From a virus (taxonomy: Duplodnaviria; Heunggongvirae; Uroviricota; Caudoviricetes), in IMG/VR virus record IMGVR_UViG_2802429251_000009: a DNA stretch of 32,209 nucleotides; one strand, 5' to 3'. Made by a program: the position numbers and the translations under genes. Positions within the stretch are counted from its first letter, which is position 1. Every line of letters begins with the position of its first letter. The notes below the pieces were generated by a model. That model was not told where the DNA came from, did no database searches, and was given only the letters and a program-made list of their open reading frames with translations. This document shows, in pieces, positions 1-8,323 of the stretch.

Positions 1-318
1 ATGAAAAAGACAGCTGCTATATCATTAATTAGTGTTTTTCTTATGTCTGGTTGTGCTGTGCATAATGATGAGACAAGTATCGGTAAATTCGGTCTTGCCT
101 ATAAAAGTAATATCCAGCGTAAACTCGATAACCAATACTACACTGAAGCCGAAGCATCTTTAGCCAGGGGCAGAATATCTGGTGCAGAAAATATAGTGAA
201 AAATGATGCAGCTAATTTCTGTGTTACTCAGGGCAAAAAAATGCAGATAGTTAACCTGAAGACTGAAGGGGCAGGATTACATGGCGTCGCGCGTCTGACA
301 TTCAAATGTGGAGAGTGA
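1..318 (+). CDS. Small secreted lipoprotein, function unknown
   Basis: ATG start; N-terminal signal peptide MKKTAAISLISVFLMSGC with lipobox-like MSGC; AT-rich by eye, so probably island or flanking DNA rather than prophage core. Confidence 0.5.
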   Translation: MKKTAAISLISVFLMSGCAVHNDETSIGKFGLAYKSNIQRKLDNQYYTEAEASLARGRISGAENIVKNDAANFCVTQGKKMQIVNLKTEGAGLHGVARLTFKCGE

Positions 319-550
319 GAATAGATTCAAGACTACCATGGACACATCCATTTTTATCTCTGATAAGGTATTCTTCAACACCATTATTGAATGTGAGTAA
401 TAATGACAAGCAGATAGATGAAACTACAGCAGAATTTTTATTTTATGCGGCTATCAGAAAATGATGGCATAAATATTCCTATGCTTTAGCTTCATTTTTT
501 GTAAGCGTCAAACATGCGCGTTCTGGCTGTGCGTAGCCGGACCCTGTGCG

Positions 551-583
551 AGCACGATGCCGTTAAGTGAAAGGCATCGTGCT
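551..583. repeat. Perfect hairpin, 11-bp stem (agcacgatgcc / ggcatcgtgct) with 11-nt loop
   Basis: Read directly from the sequence; no flanking T-run on either strand, so not a classic intrinsic terminator. Confidence 0.5.
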
Positions 584-666
584 ATGAAGGGGAATTCTAT
601 CGATATGGTCAATGGAAGGAGGTAACCCGGTATGAATCCTTCCTTCTGTTTCATTGAATTACGCAT

Positions 667-695
667 AAAAAATAAGCCCGTGTAAGGGCGTTTTT
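667..695. other. Prophage left attachment site core (attL), P2-type
   Basis: AAAAAATAAGCCCGTGTAAGGG matches the first 22 nt of the P2 27-bp att core as I recall it (AAAAAATAAGCCCGTGTAAGGGAGATT); it lies about 80 bp beyond the integrase 3' end, as in P2 attL. Confidence 0.5.
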
Positions 696-772
696 CAGGG
701 TAGGTAACATGGGCTTTCAGCGGTGCAATGCGGGTTTGCGCGGCACGCAAGACCACTGAAAGCCATAATAAA

Positions 773-1780
773 CTACCCTACTGTGGACACAGTGTGGACA
801 CTCATGGAGTCAACGCCACCACGTAGCGGATTGAGTGAAACAGCATCCTGAAGATACTCCGGGGCAAAGTGCGCATAGACCATTGTCTGCTCTATGCGTG
901 AATGTCCCAGTATTCTCTGCAGGGTGATGATACTCCCGCCGTTAATCATAAAGTGGGTAGCAAAACTGTGACGCAATGCGTGAGTTGCTTGCCCGTCCGG
1001 TAGATCTGGTTTTACATCTTTCATTGTTCGCCTGAACTTCGGATATGAGGCATCAGGGAACAGATAACCTTTACCCGCAATCATTACAGCAACTTCCTCA
1101 GAGATAGGGACTGTGCGCGGTTTGTTCGTCTTTGTTTTAACGAACGTCACCCGATTCTGTATTACGTTCTCAGCTTTCAGTTTCGCGGCTTCACCCCATC
1201 GAGCGCCGGTACTTAAACAGAGGATCGCGATTTTCTTGTTGTCCCCGTCAAGATTGGCAAGTAACAATGTTATTTCTTCCTGCGTCAGATAGCCTGTTTC
1301 TGGTTTCTGCTCCTTGAGCTTTTTCATCCCTCTGAAAGGGTGTTCGCCAAAAAACAGTTCCGCATCAATTAGCGCAGTAAACATACCACTCAGGCAGGTA
1401 AGGTCGCGGTTAATACTGGCCGGTTTTATGCCTTGCCCTCTGCGAGTCATGCTGTACTGGCTAATAAGCGCTTTGGTTATCTGGAACGCGCAAGGGTCAT
1501 CAGTGATCCGGGTAAAGATTTCAATCTTACCCAAATTGGATTTTCCGTGTTCTTCATGCTTGCCTTTCAGATCCCACCAGACTTTTGTTAATTCAGACAG
1601 ATGCCGCTTATCTGTCGGTTTAGCTAGCCATTCTTTATCGTGATGGTTGTATTGAGTGTGTTTCTCAAAAGCTACAGCCTCACTTTTCTTGTCAAATTTC
1701 CTGCGGATGCGCTTTCCGTTGCGCCCTGCAGGTCTGATATCCACTTCATAACGACCATCATCGAGTTTCTTAATTGTCAT
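773..1780 (-). CDS. int: Tyrosine recombinase, P2-type integrase
   Basis: 335 aa; C-terminal catalytic region HALRHSFATHFMINGGSIITLQRILGHSRIEQTMVYAHF (R..H-x-x-R...Y motifs); sits next to the att core and the C repressor. Confidence 0.9.
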   Translation of the reverse strand: MTIKKLDDGRYEVDIRPAGRNGKRIRRKFDKKSEAVAFEKHTQYNHHDKEWLAKPTDKRHLSELTKVWWDLKGKHEEHGKSNLGKIEIFTRITDDPCAFQITKALISQYSMTRRGQGIKPASINRDLTCLSGMFTALIDAELFFGEHPFRGMKKLKEQKPETGYLTQEEITLLLANLDGDNKKIAILCLSTGARWGEAAKLKAENVIQNRVTFVKTKTNKPRTVPISEEVAVMIAGKGYLFPDASYPKFRRTMKDVKPDLPDGQATHALRHSFATHFMINGGSIITLQRILGHSRIEQTMVYAHFAPEYLQDAVSLNPLRGGVDSMSVHTVSTVG

Positions 1781-1925
1781 AAGACCCCCAAATGAATGGT
1801 GCTAGGTTGAGTTTTCTTTGCTGCTGTTAATTTTCCCTTGCGCTTAGATTTCACAAAATTGTTGTGCTTGTTGTATTTGGCAACAAGTAAACAAATTTTG
1901 TTATAAAGATGCGCCTGGTGAATGG

Positions 1926-2225
1926 TTAACCAATCTTTTGGTCTGAGTGCTGCGATGTTGTTACATCTTGCCCAAAGTGTGCGAGGGCCGGTGCTATCTG
2001 ACCGGCTTCGGGAGCAACCTGATCGGTCATAAACCACAACGTGTATTTGCTGAACTGGGGCATTTGCAAAATCCTCATCATTACGTCCGTGGGCGGTGTA
2101 GAACGACCACTTTCGTAATAACTTAAAGTGCCATAGGGAATGCCTGTTAAATCAGCAAGTTGCTGTCTGCTGAGATACTCAGACTTTCTGATGAGTACAA
2201 TTTTCTCGTTTAAGGCGTTTGACAT
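1926..2225 (-). CDS. C: Immunity repressor, P2 C-type
   Basis: 99 aa, the same length as P2 C and closely similar (EKIVL.RKSEYLSRQQLADLTG.PYGTLSYYESGRSTPPTDVMM); divergent from cox. Confidence 0.85.
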   Translation of the reverse strand: MSNALNEKIVLIRKSEYLSRQQLADLTGIPYGTLSYYESGRSTPPTDVMMRILQMPQFSKYTLWFMTDQVAPEAGQIAPALAHFGQDVTTSQHSDQKIG

Positions 2226-2229
2226 GGTG

Positions 2230-2280
2230 TTTAGATCTCAATACTATTTGATTTAGATGTAGACTGTTTGATGTTTAGAA
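2230..2280. promoter_or_regulatory. Lysis-lysogeny switch region with three direct repeats (TTTAGAT, TTTAGAT, TTTAGAA) spaced 22 bp apart; candidate C operator half-sites overlapping the early promoter
   Basis: Repeats at ~2230, ~2252 and ~2274 read directly; P2 C is known to bind direct repeats flanking the Pe -10 region. Promoter hexamers not assigned. Confidence 0.5.
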
Positions 2281-2341
2281 ATGAACATCAAAAGCAACTA
2301 TAAGCCATTGGTGACGATTCTTAAACTTGTGAGGGCCTTAA

Positions 2342-2617
2342 ATGGTTAAACAGATCGCGTTAAGCACAGATGCCGTCCCATATCAGGAGTTCGCAAAACT
2401 CATTGGTAAAACACCGGCAGCGGTGAAGGGGATGATTGAAAAAGGAAAGCTACCTGTAGTTGAAATGACCGATCCGCAATCAACTTCCGGGCGGGCAGGT
2501 GAGTACTGGGTCTATCTTCCAGCCTGGAACAACGGCATGAAAATGGCGTATGAGAGCCGCCCGAAGGAAATTAGGGAAGGGTGGTTAATGTGGTTGGGTC
2601 TGGGCAATCCATCATAA
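2342..2617 (+). CDS. cox: Cox-type excisionase / early repressor of Pc
   Basis: 91 aa (same as P2 Cox); first gene of the rightward early operon; GAGGG Shine-Dalgarno 6 nt upstream of the ATG. Confidence 0.8.
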   Translation: MVKQIALSTDAVPYQEFAKLIGKTPAAVKGMIEKGKLPVVEMTDPQSTSGRAGEYWVYLPAWNNGMKMAYESRPKEIREGWLMWLGLGNPS

Positions 2618-2639
2618 GCAACTTACAGGGTTGAATAAA

Positions 2640-2987
2640 ATGGACACGGCAAAAATCTTTAAACTCTCAGATAGTCATACAGCGTTATCAAATGTGTTTA
2701 TACGGATTAAGGATAAAAGAACACCTTGCGGTAATTACTTTTTCCGTTTGGATAAGTTGGACTGCGTTTCGTTAGCAGATAATTCAGGACTAACACCATT
2801 AATTGAGGTTACTGGTGGGTATGTTGAACCCAGCGTCACTTATGAGCAATTCATGAGTTTTCTTTTTCAGGTATTTGATGACGTATCAAAAGGTGATAAC
2901 AGCATCAGAGTTTATGAGTTGATTGTTGATGAAGAAACAGTGCGAGATGTACCACCTCGCACAAGAAAAACGATAACGCCACAGTGA
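2640..2987 (+). CDS. Hypothetical protein (cargo within early operon)
   Basis: ORF track gives 2631 (TTG); first ATG is at 2640 with a weak SD. Lower GC than neighbouring core genes; no recognisable motif. Confidence 0.45.
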   Translation: MDTAKIFKLSDSHTALSNVFIRIKDKRTPCGNYFFRLDKLDCVSLADNSGLTPLIEVTGGYVEPSVTYEQFMSFLFQVFDDVSKGDNSIRVYELIVDEETVRDVPPRTRKTITPQ

Positions 2988-2991
2988 TGGA

Positions 2992-3471
2992 TTATTTGAA
3001 CCATTTACTAGATGGGTGAGTGTCACCAATGTGGTGCGTTTCCTCGAAAGATTTTGAGAAGTGCATGCCGGGGATAGCGACATCGGCTTGATCCAGAATA
3101 GGAGCGTCGATAATGGCATTAAGGAAAAACTGGGCATTTTGCTTTGCTAATTCTAATGAGTCAAAGCCATTTCCTGAACTTTCGGTAACTTTAGACAGTT
3201 GTCCATTTTTTGAGATAAATAATTCCCAGCCCCATAGCGATTCATGCTGTTTTAAAGAAATAACTACAGATGGACAGTTTTCTGTATCGCCAGAATTAAT
3301 ATCGTCACCAGCCTTAATAAAGATTGGCGATTCCATAAGGCCTACAAATTTCTCAAGGTCATCAATGGCTTTAGGTCTTGTTTCAAATAGTGGACTTTCA
3401 AAGAGGGGGGCACCATCGGAAAGCACCCAGTGTGATCCGTGGTCTTTTTTAAAAAATACATTGAATTTCAT
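2992..3471 (-). CDS. Hypothetical protein with two internally similar halves, weakly resembling YegP/DUF1508 repeats
   Basis: Start moved from 3519 to the internal ATG at 3471 (MKFNVFF), which has a strong SD (GGAG, 5-nt spacer). Convergent with the early operon; lower GC. Domain assignment is a by-eye resemblance only. Confidence 0.5.
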   Translation of the reverse strand: MKFNVFFKKDHGSHWVLSDGAPLFESPLFETRPKAIDDLEKFVGLMESPIFIKAGDDINSGDTENCPSVVISLKQHESLWGWELFISKNGQLSKVTESSGNGFDSLELAKQNAQFFLNAIIDAPILDQADVAIPGMHFSKSFEETHHIGDTHPSSKWFK

Positions 3472-3609
3472 TACAACTCCTTCTGTGTTGGTGATTGTTA
3501 TGCCTGATTCACCGCTCAAAGTTACACAGGCATAGCGATGTTATCACAGGAAACACGCGCCGGGCGTGGGGTCGTATCCCGGCATCTTTTCAATATGACG
3601 GAGATCAAC

Positions 3610-3831
3610 ATGGAATTAACACAATGCCCTTCACTCGCCAGTCTGCTCACGCACGGCCAGCAGATCACCCACCGTCAGCATCAACGTGGCTGGATTGAAA
3701 CCCCGGACGGGAGGTTCTTCCAGCCGAAAGCGGTAGATGTTCAATTTGTTAAAAACTGCCGTGTACCGTTCATGTCGCGCCCGCGTAATAAGCGCCGCTG
3801 GTTTTCCCGCTTAATGGGCATCTTTGCGTAG
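3610..3831 (+). CDS. Hypothetical small early-operon protein
   Basis: Start chosen at the in-frame ATG with a GGAG SD (6-nt spacer); the ORF track start at 3538 lacks an SD. Basic C-terminus. Coding status uncertain. Confidence 0.4.
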   Translation: MELTQCPSLASLLTHGQQITHRQHQRGWIETPDGRFFQPKAVDVQFVKNCRVPFMSRPRNKRRWFSRLMGIFA

Positions 3832-3846
3832 TTCGGGGAGGTGGTT

Positions 3847-4236
3847 ATGTTGATGGATAAGACAGAACAACAGCCAGGTCGCCGCCAGTTCTTAGAGCAA
3901 CGGGCGCGGCTGCAAGCAAGTTTGAACGCCTCACGCGTGAATGACACTGCAACCCGTTTTAACCGCCTGGATCATGCCTGCAAAAAGGTGATTTTCATCC
4001 TGGCAAACGATGCGTCCAGATACATAGTCGGAATGCCGAAGCTGACCGCCAAACAGCTGGGTTGTACTTACGAAAATCTAACCGAAAAGGAGCAAACGTG
4101 CCTTTTGATGGGCATTAAACGCCTTTCCGAATTTGCAGCATCAATGCCGTGGGAATTTGAGGACTACGCCGCACCACGCGCCGAAATTCAGGCGATACGA
4201 GACAAACCACCCGCGGCAGATAACGCAGTAAATTAA
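3847..4236 (+). CDS. Hypothetical early-operon protein
   Basis: ORF track start 3841 is GTG; ATG at 3847 follows a GGAGG SD. In P2 the B gene occupies this position, but homology cannot be judged by eye. Confidence 0.5.
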   Translation: MLMDKTEQQPGRRQFLEQRARLQASLNASRVNDTATRFNRLDHACKKVIFILANDASRYIVGMPKLTAKQLGCTYENLTEKEQTCLLMGIKRLSEFAASMPWEFEDYAAPRAEIQAIRDKPPAADNAVN

Positions 4237-4306
4237 CAACTAACTACCCACAAAAAAGAAACAGGCGCTAACGCGTCGGGCTTCTTGCACCCTGGAGAAA
4301 GTAAAA

Positions 4307-5272
4307 ATGATTCGATCTCTCGTTAAATGGCCCGGTGGTAAAGGCCGCGTTATGCCTGATTTGCTGCCGATTCTGCCGAAAGCCGATTGCCTGGTGGAAC
4401 CGTTTGTCGGCGGTGCTTCTGTTTTCCTCAATACTGAATATCGCCGTTATATCCTGGGTGATATCAACCCAGATTTAATTAACCTGTATCGCCAGATAAC
4501 CCGCTGGCCTGATGCGGTGATCGACGCTGCTCGCCCACTGTTTAAAGTGTACGGCGATAAAGACGGCTATAAGTGGATCCGCGATGATTTCAACGCCCGC
4601 GCCCGTGACCTACTGTCATTGCGCAGTGTGTTTGAAGATGGGCCGGACGCGGGCAAGATTCTTCGTGCAGCACAATTTCTTTACCTGAACCGTCACGGAT
4701 ATAACGGCGTAGTACGCTACAACCAACAGGGTGGATATAACGTTCCCTTTGGGCGTCACAAAACCCCGCCTTACTTCCCGGAAGAACAAATCCGTTTATT
4801 CTCTGAAAAAGCTAACGACACGAAAGCTATTTTCGTGTGCTGCGATTTCCAGAGCACGTTAAAAATCATGATTGGTAGTGACGCGGTTATCTATTGCGAT
4901 CCGCCATATCTGCCAACAAGCGAAACCGCTAATTTCACCCAATACCACACCGCCCCGTTTGGGATTAAAGAGCATCGCCAGTTAGCTGCCGCTCAGCTGG
5001 ATATTAACCGCCTTACTGGTTCGCCGGTGATCCTGTCTAATAGCGACACCCCAGCCACCCGCGAGATTTATCGCTCTTTCAACTTCCAGGAAATTATCGT
5101 TAACCGTTCTGTCAGCGCGAACGCCATTACCAGAGGGGCCGCCAGTGAAGTGATCGGCGTCCTCAAAGTCTGCGCGACTTGTCGCCGTGCCGGTGGTGGG
5201 TGCTGTCCTGACTGCGGCCCTTGTGCTGGTTATTCCGTGTGGGGTGGAGCGGCTGACGAGGTGCTCTTCTGA
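4307..5272 (+). CDS. dam: DNA adenine methyltransferase (Dam family, GATC-type) with a Cys/Gly-rich C-terminal extension
   Basis: N-terminal KWPGGK motif, catalytic DPPY motif and a C-terminal NRSVSAN region parallel E. coli Dam; about 40 extra C-terminal residues (CATCRRAGGGCCPDCGPC). Confidence 0.85.
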   Translation: MIRSLVKWPGGKGRVMPDLLPILPKADCLVEPFVGGASVFLNTEYRRYILGDINPDLINLYRQITRWPDAVIDAARPLFKVYGDKDGYKWIRDDFNARARDLLSLRSVFEDGPDAGKILRAAQFLYLNRHGYNGVVRYNQQGGYNVPFGRHKTPPYFPEEQIRLFSEKANDTKAIFVCCDFQSTLKIMIGSDAVIYCDPPYLPTSETANFTQYHTAPFGIKEHRQLAAAQLDINRLTGSPVILSNSDTPATREIYRSFNFQEIIVNRSVSANAITRGAASEVIGVLKVCATCRRAGGGCCPDCGPCAGYSVWGGAADEVLF

Positions 5273-5493
5273 TGGCTAGCAAAATTAATAACGGTCTTTC
5301 GGAATACCAGCGCGGCGCACTGGCTGCGCTTAACGAAGCCAAAACACTGGCCCTTGCACACGCAACGTTGGCGGGTGTTCTCGCCGGAAGTGAAGCCGCA
5401 AACACGCTGTTGATTTCTTTCAATGTGTTACTCGACCCGCTAATCGAAAAGCATTCCCAGCGGGAGGGTGATAGCGGGGCATCCAATGTCTGA
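5272..5493 (+). CDS. Small hypothetical protein (73 aa)
   Basis: ATG overlaps the dam stop (TGATG); Ala/Leu-rich; overlaps the gpA start. Coding status uncertain. Confidence 0.35.
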   Translation: MASKINNGLSEYQRGALAALNEAKTLALAHATLAGVLAGSEAANTLLISFNVLLDPLIEKHSQREGDSGASNV

Positions 5494-8101
5494 CACCGCT
5501 TTTGCATGGCCCTGGAACGCGCCGCGCCCAGCTATTGGCCTGTACACCTACGAACCGAAAAAAATCGCCCCGCTTGCAGGGGCGGTGGTACATCATCCAG
5601 CCGTAAAAAAACACATCGATCACATCTTCAAACGCGCCGGTTACAACCCCGACGAGGTTCGGGACCGTAACGCGCTTATCCAGGCGCTGGACAGGCACGA
5701 ACCGTGCGGCCTGCTACTGGCCGCCCATCAAAATATAATCCGGCAGGAAATGGAAGCCGCTAAAGCTACGACGGCAGCCTGGGTCAATACGCCGGAGGGT
5801 GTCGAAGCGCGTTTATTATCAGAGCCGTTCTTCATTCGTGAAGTCTGGCGTAAAAAAATTGAGTGGTTACGGGTCAACCGTGAAACCAGACACACCAATG
5901 ATTTTCTTATGGGGACCGTGAAAAAATCATTGCTGCGTCTTGATGTTGTACGCACAAGGCAAGGTGTTTCGCCTGATATCACCGGCGAACTGGCTGCGTA
6001 CTGGTTCGGGCGCTGGCAACGTCTGGCTGATTTCACAAAGCGGGAAGCACTGAGCGCCGCTAATGAGATCGCCAGCCGCATGGCTGAAATGCTGGGGACG
6101 GAATGCGAAGCCCTGGGACGGAATGTTTCAGACATGAACGTCGAAGAATTGGACTGGCTTTATTACCACCTGGGCCGCGAAATGCTGGCGCTTCGCATTG
6201 TACCGCCTGCATGGTATGCGCCGTGGGAACGCGAGCGCATATGCACGGCCATTTTGCGTATGGCTTCGCCTGACTGGTGGGGGCGTAAAATCTGGCGCTT
6301 GCGTTGTGACTGGCGCGAGAACCAGCTGCGTGCTGTTGGCGCGGTAAATAAAAAAGCGCACGCCTACGTTAGCGTTTCCAGCCTGATCGAGTGGCAGGAA
6401 CAGCGCCGTAAAAACCGGGATTTTTTCAAAAGTCATGAACTGGTAGACGAATACGGCAACGTTTCGTCGCTTGAGGAAATGATTAATAAATCCACGTCTA
6501 ACCCGGCTATTCGTCGCCATGAGCTTATGGCCCGAATGGCTGGGGTTGAGCTTGTCGCCCAAAGTCGCGGCGATGTTGGCATCTTCCTGACCATCACTTG
6601 CCCGTCGAAATATCACAGTAATATTGCGTCCGGCCACCATAACGCCAAATGGAATCATTCCACCGTCGCCCAGGCGCAGCGCTATTTATGCCGAGTATGG
6701 AACCGGGCAACCGCCAAACTGAAACGCGAAGATTTGCGCCCTTACGGCTTCCGCGTCGCTGAGCCGCATCATGATGGGACACCACACTGGCACGCATTGC
6801 TATTTATGCCACAAGAGCAAGTTAAAGCTACGGTTGCGATCCTTCGCGCCTACTTCATTGCGGAAGACCGCGACGAGCTGGGCCGCAATACCGGTGCTCG
6901 TTTCAAGTCAAAAAAAATGGACCCACGGAAAGGGTCAGCAACGGCGTATATCGCGAAATACATTTCGAAGAATATCGACGGCCACGCGCTGGCCGGTGAA
7001 CTGGACGACGAAAGCGGCAAGCCGCTGAATGAAACAGCCAAATATGCAATGGCCTGGGCGTCACTTCACCGCATCCGCCAGTTTCAGCCCATCGGACAGC
7101 CGCCCATATCGGTTTACCGCGAGCTGCGCAAACTGAGCAATCAGATCACGACCCGCCAGAAAATTGACAATACCTTCAAGCGCGGTGCGCCGTTGCTTGT
7201 GGATCCTGCAATGGATGCGGTTTGCGCCGCTGCCGATGTCGGGTGCTTTGCTACCTACATCATCCGCCAGGGGGGTGTTTTGATCCCGCGTGAAAACTAT
7301 GTCGTCCGTCTGGCCTATCAGCCAGCTGATGAAATGAATGCTTATTGTGAGATCCCCGAAAAGGTTTTCGGGGTCTGGTCGCCGCGTCTGGGTGATGCCT
7401 CCCGTATTAGCACCCGTCTGGTTAAATGGAAAATCCGCGCCAAATCCAAAGCCGCCACCGGGGCCAGAAACGGCCCCGGTTTGGGGGTTGACCTTTTGCC
7501 GTCGCCAACCGGCGGCGCTTGGAGTTCTGTCAATAACTCTACGGAAGACGAAAAAATCACCGATTTTTCGCTTGGTGTGGAGGGTATTACAGAAGAATCA
7601 GAAGAGGAAATCGTCGATTTTGAAAATATGGACCAGCCAACGCGGCGCAAATTGATGCGGCGACTACGTGAAACACCATTCAAAAGGCAGCAAAGCGGAT
7701 CACCTTATGAGCCAAGCAGCGAATTAGATGTCGCCTGGCGTTCTGCCGTGGAAAAAACCGAGGCCAGATCGGAGGCTGAAAAAGCCAGACGGGCGGCTCT
7801 TGCCCCTGCGATTGCCAGCCTGCTGGCTGATGCGACGTTGTATTCGGTTGAGATTTCAGAGATTCAGGCCGTTTCGCTGTTAATGGGGAGCCGTCTGGAG
7901 ATAGACGGCAAAGTTTATCAGGCCAGCGCTGACGGCCAGTTGATAACACGTCAATTACCCGATGATGCACGGACGATAAATAAATTATGGGAACGCCTGC
8001 GGGATAACCACGGCATTGATGCCACGCGCCTGCGCTTTGATCCGGTCGGGGAGTATCAAAAAATGCTGGCGGGTGTGGAAGGTCGTCTCCCAAAAGAATG
8101 A
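5486..8101 (+). CDS. Replication initiation endonuclease, P2 gpA-like (rolling-circle HUH nuclease)
   Basis: About 870 aa; HUH-type motif HHDGTPHWHALLF and catalytic tyrosine region TAYIAKYISKNIDG. The ORF track starts at GTG 5468; the first ATG is 5486. Start is ambiguous. Confidence 0.85.
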   Translation: MSDTAFAWPWNAPRPAIGLYTYEPKKIAPLAGAVVHHPAVKKHIDHIFKRAGYNPDEVRDRNALIQALDRHEPCGLLLAAHQNIIRQEMEAAKATTAAWVNTPEGVEARLLSEPFFIREVWRKKIEWLRVNRETRHTNDFLMGTVKKSLLRLDVVRTRQGVSPDITGELAAYWFGRWQRLADFTKREALSAANEIASRMAEMLGTECEALGRNVSDMNVEELDWLYYHLGREMLALRIVPPAWYAPWERERICTAILRMASPDWWGRKIWRLRCDWRENQLRAVGAVNKKAHAYVSVSSLIEWQEQRRKNRDFFKSHELVDEYGNVSSLEEMINKSTSNPAIRRHELMARMAGVELVAQSRGDVGIFLTITCPSKYHSNIASGHHNAKWNHSTVAQAQRYLCRVWNRATAKLKREDLRPYGFRVAEPHHDGTPHWHALLFMPQEQVKATVAILRAYFIAEDRDELGRNTGARFKSKKMDPRKGSATAYIAKYISKNIDGHALAGELDDESGKPLNETAKYAMAWASLHRIRQFQPIGQPPISVYRELRKLSNQITTRQKIDNTFKRGAPLLVDPAMDAVCAAADVGCFATYIIRQGGVLIPRENYVVRLAYQPADEMNAYCEIPEKVFGVWSPRLGDASRISTRLVKWKIRAKSKAATGARNGPGLGVDLLPSPTGGAWSSVNNSTEDEKITDFSLGVEGITEESEEEIVDFENMDQPTRRKLMRRLRETPFKRQQSGSPYEPSSELDVAWRSAVEKTEARSEAEKARRAALAPAIASLLADATLYSVEISEIQAVSLLMGSRLEIDGKVYQASADGQLITRQLPDDARTINKLWERLRDNHGIDATRLRFDPVGEYQKMLAGVEGRLPKE

Positions 8102-8323
8102 ATGCAATCGCGCTGGCCGTCGCAACTGGTTGCGTCGGTTGGCGTGATTCTGCGGGTGCGGGCGGCAAAGAGCCCGGTAGTCAATTTAGCCACTTGAAAG
8201 GAATGCTATGTTCAATATGCCTCAAAAGGTATTGTTTCTGCTAGATAGAAACTGTAATAATGCTATGGTATTTTACCTACCACCGATTATCTTTCAGGTA
8301 AGCTAGATTTTGATGGAGCAATA

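Noticed and set aside
508-756. 82-aa minus-strand ORF in the att region
   Set aside because: No SD; it spans the att core and inverted repeats; composition looks like translated non-coding DNA.
319-772. Possible tRNA or tmRNA integration target next to the integrase
   Set aside because: No T-loop-like GGTTCGAATCC motif or cloverleaf seen on either strand; the att core resembles the P2 intergenic-type core instead.
1777-2037. 86-aa minus-strand ORF overlapping the C repressor gene
   Set aside because: Overlaps the well-supported C gene in another frame and spans the int-C intergenic region.
3113-3535. 140-aa plus-strand ORF
   Set aside because: Lies antisense to and entirely within the better-supported minus-strand gene 2992-3471 (strong SD); no SD of its own.
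5728-6658. Two minus-strand ORFs (135 and 176 aa) inside the gpA gene
   Set aside because: Antisense to a long, conserved coding region; typical GC-rich shadow ORFs.
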